From Octopus bimaculoides (lineage: Eukaryota), in NCBI RefSeq assembly GCF_001194135.2, contig NC_068983.1, positions 77,802,718-77,844,133 of the forward strand: a stretch of 41,416 nucleotides of DNA, written 5' to 3'. Made by a program: the position numbers and the translations under genes. Shown in pieces: positions 37,270 to 41,416 of the stretch. The notes beneath the pieces are model-generated. The model did not search any database. It was given only the letters and a program-made list of their open reading frames with translations, and was not told the DNA's origin. Each line of letters begins with the position of its first letter. The first letter of the stretch is position 1.

Positions 37270-37740
37270 GGAAATAGATGTTAAGACAAAAAAACTCTAT
37301 GAACTATTGTTCCAATAAATGGAGAATGTTAAAAGTCGAAGGCTGCTGATTGTGTTTGACAGATAGAAACCTGAAACGAAACCCATTTTTCTAATTATAG
37401 CCGCTCAAAACAAGGGATTATAAGGAATTAGGTAAAGACAATGACTGATAAGGCAAGAGAAACAAAGTAAAAATAGGAAGAGAAGATAAAATATTAAATC
37501 ATATACGTGAATGCAGTAAACTAGCAAGTAATTTGCTTTTGATAGAGGCATGACTGTGTCGGAAAAGAATATACTGTAATGTCGACCAAGATTGTGGATT
37601 CGAAGTAAGTGACAAACAGTTTGGACACTAGTCCGATGCTGTGGTAATAAATGATGATTAAAGAATTTTACGGGATTTCTTATTGAGACTTATCGCAATA
37701 TGGAAAAAATGAGATCAAATATGATCGTGAAGAACAGAGT
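37270..37740 (+). mobile_element. Old R4/Dong-type remnant (pre-CCHC to start of RLE)
   Basis: KKLYE; KPETK..LIIAAQNKG; LNHI.ECSKLA; RHDCVG; FEVSDK..GH*SDAV..ND.*RILRDF (cf. ETESLIIAAQ, NHIISECSKLA, RHD.VG, KILWDF). Confidence 0.6.
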
Positions 37741-38424
37741 TATAGTACCATTGTTTTATTACAGCTATTGCATGACAATATCATGTGACCCAACCCCAGG
37801 GCTGGGTGATGAATGCTACTTAATATGAAAACTGCATTATCAATAAATTCCACTTCCTTCAATTGAACGCATATCACATATTAGAGAATTAGTAGTGTCT
37901 GATCCAGATTTGATTGAAGCCTGGGTAAAAGCCTTTCAGTCCTTGCGTTCGTTAAGAAATGCAACGACTCTGTTGACAGTAAAGATACAATAGATTGCTT
38001 CATCGCCAGCGCACGAGTTGAAAATATTAAGAACGTACCTGTGATACTGTGCACAAAACTTTTGAAGAATTGGTATTTTGCAAACATAATGTCGACAATA
38101 ATATCCTTACTGAGACCAGAGAAAAGGTTACTTATTGCTGAAAGAACTTGTTTTTAGCTCTGAATCGGATTCCATGAAACCTATTGTATTAATATTCTCA
38201 AAGATTATGTGAAGCCGCACATTTAATTAATTTACTAAGGTTGGGATAGAAGGACAATCTACTGAAAATGATGTTATTCAAATACAAATGCTAAATTCTG
38301 TATTCCCATAAAATATTAGAACTCATTCAATTTCAGGAAACGCTGATGCCAGGTTATGTTAGCTAATGCGTTTATTCAACAGCTTCAAATGATTAACCAT
38401 TTAACTTAAGTTTCTAATGATAAC

Positions 38425-38487
<63 letters not shown>
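38425..38487. repeat. (AAT)n microsatellite
   Basis: Directly visible. Confidence 0.97.
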
Positions 38488-38488
<1 letters not shown>

Positions 38489-39399
38489 GTATGCTAACAG
38501 TATCTTCGGTGAAACATGTCGGAAAGAATAGTTAGAAAAAGGCCTTGTAAATCTTGCAGCTACAACTGTAGAATGAGAAGGTGTCCTGTTTTGGAGGAGG
38601 GATGTTATGACTGCAAAAGAAAAAAAAGATATTCGAGTTTTATTGGCCGTCTAGAGAAAGAATTTGATTTGTGAAAATACTCGAAGCTGATGCTGATACA
38701 GGTTGTGACCAGAAGTAAAGGAATACCTACTGTATTTAGGAAAGTGATAAAGAACAGATATAAGTGGACACTGATAGCGACATTGCTCTCATCTGTCTGG
38801 AGGAAACTAATGAACTTCTAGCCTCTAATCTTGTAATGCCACTTATAAACCGCTTGATGGTTCGGTTATCATGCTTTCAGAAATCACATGTCACTAATTG
38901 TTATACAATACCTCGCCAGATTGAAATGTATACATTGCAACGTAATATGTCACATTTATCACACACAAACTGACTATAACGGATAATAAATACCAAACAA
39001 AATTTTAAAATAACCTTAAACCTGCATAGTATGATTTGAGGCAATTTCTTTATATTTGTGTACTTGTAACAAAATGTAAACCAATATGTTAATGAAGAAT
39101 TGAACCAAGGGGACTAAGTGGTATTCATCGTTAGATAGTTCTACTAATCCGATGTCGATTTATGCATTTGTGCAAGACTACAAAATATTAAATCCAGATA
39201 TGCGTCCTAATTCTTTCTCAAGCCAACAAGTATGAATGGTTTTGCAAAGAATAATTTTGTAGGGGCCTAATGTTAAATCCTCATTTCTGATGAAGTTCAT
39301 GAAATAACAACACATGGATCATAACTTTCGACATATGTAGCATGCAGCACAAAATCACTAATTTTCATATTTGAATGTGCCATCCATAATACCTATGTC

Positions 39400-39870
39400 A
39401 GGAAATACTGTGTCAAATGTGTATATCACGAATGATTTCGTCAAACCACAGAGAATCACTTTGCTTGTTCCATAAACTAACAAGGATAAAACGTGTTATA
39501 ATCATATACCAATCACATACATATCAATGATCTGGCAATAATCATCCACAATATACAAATCTAAACTGACAAGTAGAGTTTACTAAAAGATAAATTGTCT
39601 GCATATCATTAACAAGAACTGGAACGTTTTCCAATGTTTTCTTTCTGAACAAGATTGCCCAAGACTTCTAGAAATTGTGTGAGCACTGGCACTTGAAATT
39701 GTTAAACACAAGGGTGGATCACAAGATTTAAGAAGTACTAGTGATAATTGGAGCACTAGAAATAAAGAATCATGAAATTAAATACACAAATTCCCAAACA
39801 ACGTACAAAATATCTCAGCTAGATATCGTTCACATCCTATGTAAGGCGCGTTCAATTCAAAAGTACAAAT
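39400..39870 (+). mobile_element. Very old R4/Dong-type RLE remnant
   Basis: NIQI*TDK; LALEIVK; VLVIIGALEIK...DIVHILCKARSIQ, resembling the GALGVIKK...GTAHILRKTLSIQ end seen at ~29200-29350. Confidence 0.45.
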
Positions 39871-40815
39871 AAGATATTAAACTCTCTATATTCAACAGAT
39901 GCTAAATGCAATCCACTGACAATAAAATATCCCAAGACAAACAACCACTCTACCAATCACTGTTTGACACTTATTGCACCGCACTAATTTTAACTAACAC
40001 CAATTGAATCGCATTTGCATATCACAAACACCACGAAGTACTATAGCTCAAAGTGCACAAACACATCGGAACAAACCAATAGTTAACATAGCAAAAGTAA
40101 AAAGCAATCCTCACATCAAAAGAAAATCAAACTGATGCAAGAAACATAATTCTACATTTGGTAAAGGTTATGGTGCACATAACTCGAGAACATGTAGGTG
40201 CACAAGGTAGTGAGGTAACTTGCATAAAATATGACAATGAATAGCCATAACCACGATAATCATAAATAATGAAATAAATGGAATAAATGGAATTCTGAGA
40301 GTAGAAGAGAAGCAGAGAGAATTATTAGCAATAAAGTAAACATATTCTCATTCTATTTGCAACCAAATAAATATGGACAAGGAAAATATGTAAATGGATA
40401 GTAAAGGTATTAAATGAAATTAGCAAGCATATAAATCAACATTACAATAGGGATATTTTTATATTTCGTTTGATTTTCAGGAACTGAAATTTATTCATGG
40501 AGGAGAGCATTGAAATATTTTTATTACAATTTTTCATCCATTTTCGACTTACGACTTTTAAATACAATAGTTGAAATATTCAACTTTCTTAGTGTAATAT
40601 CAATAGCAGTAAATCATAACAGATCTAATGTAGGAAGAGAATAGCACGCACTATACTTTGATAAATACATCTAAATAAAAAAAATATATATCATATTAAT
40701 TTACTTATCATACTTGCATAAAAGAGTTTGAGATATTTTGCCTTGTATATATTACAACAGTCACATAATTTTTTCAAGTATTATTTTTAAGATAACTTTC
40801 TAATAGCACCTTTAA

Positions 40816-40998
40816 TACAGTTCTATATTTAAGAGATGATGAATTATGTACATCATTTACATTATTTACATTAGACGGATATTTGTCCTCATCATGTTTG
40901 TTACTAACACAACGTTTCGGCTGTTATACCCTCCAGGCTTCATCAGGTGTCTTGGAGAAATTTCGAACATGGATTCTCATTTTTCGATGTTATTATTA

Positions 40999-41057
<59 letters not shown>

Positions 41058-41087
41058 GTCACTGCCTGGAATCGAACTCCGAATCTT
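40816..41087 (-). mobile_element. Composite short retroposon: tRNA-like B-box + (AAT)n + hammerhead-bearing pLTR-like tail
   Basis: Minus strand: aagattcggaGTTCGATTCCaggcagtgac-(AAT)n-aacatcgaaaaatgagaatccatgttcgaaatttctccaa-HHR-...aatgtaaataatgtaaatgatgta...gaactg. Confidence 0.65.
40906..40951 (-). ncRNA. Minimal type I hammerhead ribozyme
   Basis: GACAC-CUGAUGA-A-GCCUGG AGGGUAUAA CAGCC-GAA-ACGU-U/GUGUU: intact CUGAUGA and GAAA core, stem I ACAC/GUGU, palindromic ACGU stem III, one mismatch in stem II. Confidence 0.75.
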
Positions 41088-41157
41088 AACCAATACCCCC
41101 ATATGCCCGTGGGCAATTATGGAGACACAAGATTCCGAGTTCGATTCCAGGCAGTGA
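41059..41157. repeat. 29-bp inverted repeat (1 mismatch) with nested hairpin in the 41-bp spacer
   Basis: tcactgcctggaatcgaactccgaatctt (41059-41087) versus aagattccgagttcgattccaggcagtga (41129-41157). Confidence 0.95.
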
Positions 41158-41161
41158 GCTG

Positions 41162-41204
41162 AATAAGAATAATAAAAATAATAATAATAATAATGATGAT
41201 GATG

Positions 41205-41264
<60 letters not shown>
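41162..41264. repeat. (AAT)n microsatellite with GAT variants
   Basis: Directly visible. Confidence 0.95.
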
Positions 41265-41266
<2 letters not shown>

Positions 41267-41416
41267 CAAGACAATGGGTATCAACACTTTAGCTGTCCCA
41301 GTTATAAGCTACAGCTACAATATCCTTAACTGGACACTAAACGAACTATCTAAAATAGACAGGAAAACAAGAAAAATAATGACAGGATATAGGATGCACC
41401 ACCCAAAATCTAACAT
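41265..41416 (+). mobile_element. R4/Dong-type element, 5'-truncated in the thumb domain (continues past window end)
   Basis: Open frame NKTMGINTLAVPVISYSYNILNWTLNELSKIDRKTRKIMTGYRMHHPKSN, matching NK..AIN..AVPV..YS....W...EL..LDRKTRK.....HHPK; starts immediately after (AAT)n. Confidence 0.9.

Noticed and set aside
39287-39310. CTGATGA...GAAA hammerhead-like words (also tcatcag at 35280-35286)
   Set aside because: No pairing stems I or II; expected by chance.
41129-41157. tRNA gene
   Set aside because: B-box/T-arm-like motif only; no A-box, anticodon arm or acceptor stem.

Overview
AT-rich eukaryotic, repeat-dominated DNA with five N gaps and no host protein-coding gene that I can recognise. 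It is probably intronic or intergenic cephalopod (Octopus-like) sequence; this is an inference from the microsatellite load and an octopus-type tRNA-derived SINE. Most ORFs in the supplied track are translations of microsatellites or N gaps. By manual translation I can support at least seven decayed R4/Dong-type (RLE-endonuclease) non-LTR retrotransposon pieces, three Penelope-like element (PLE) remnants from two lineages, four Tc1/mariner fragments, a Helitron PIF1 helicase fragment, SINE copies, four foldback/long-TIR elements and many micro- and minisatellites. Best leads: (1) a composite short retroposon at 40816-41087 joining a tRNA-like B-box, an (AAT)n tract and a near-canonical minimal hammerhead ribozyme, present as a head-to-head pair whose second (AAT)n was entered by a Dong element; (2) an R4/Dong-type element bounded on both sides by (CATA)n rather than (TAA)n; (3) an RT-less, chimeric Dong derivative; (4) further degenerate hammerhead cores in inverted structures. 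All family assignments come from motif recognition by eye, not database searches, and boundaries are approximate unless stated.
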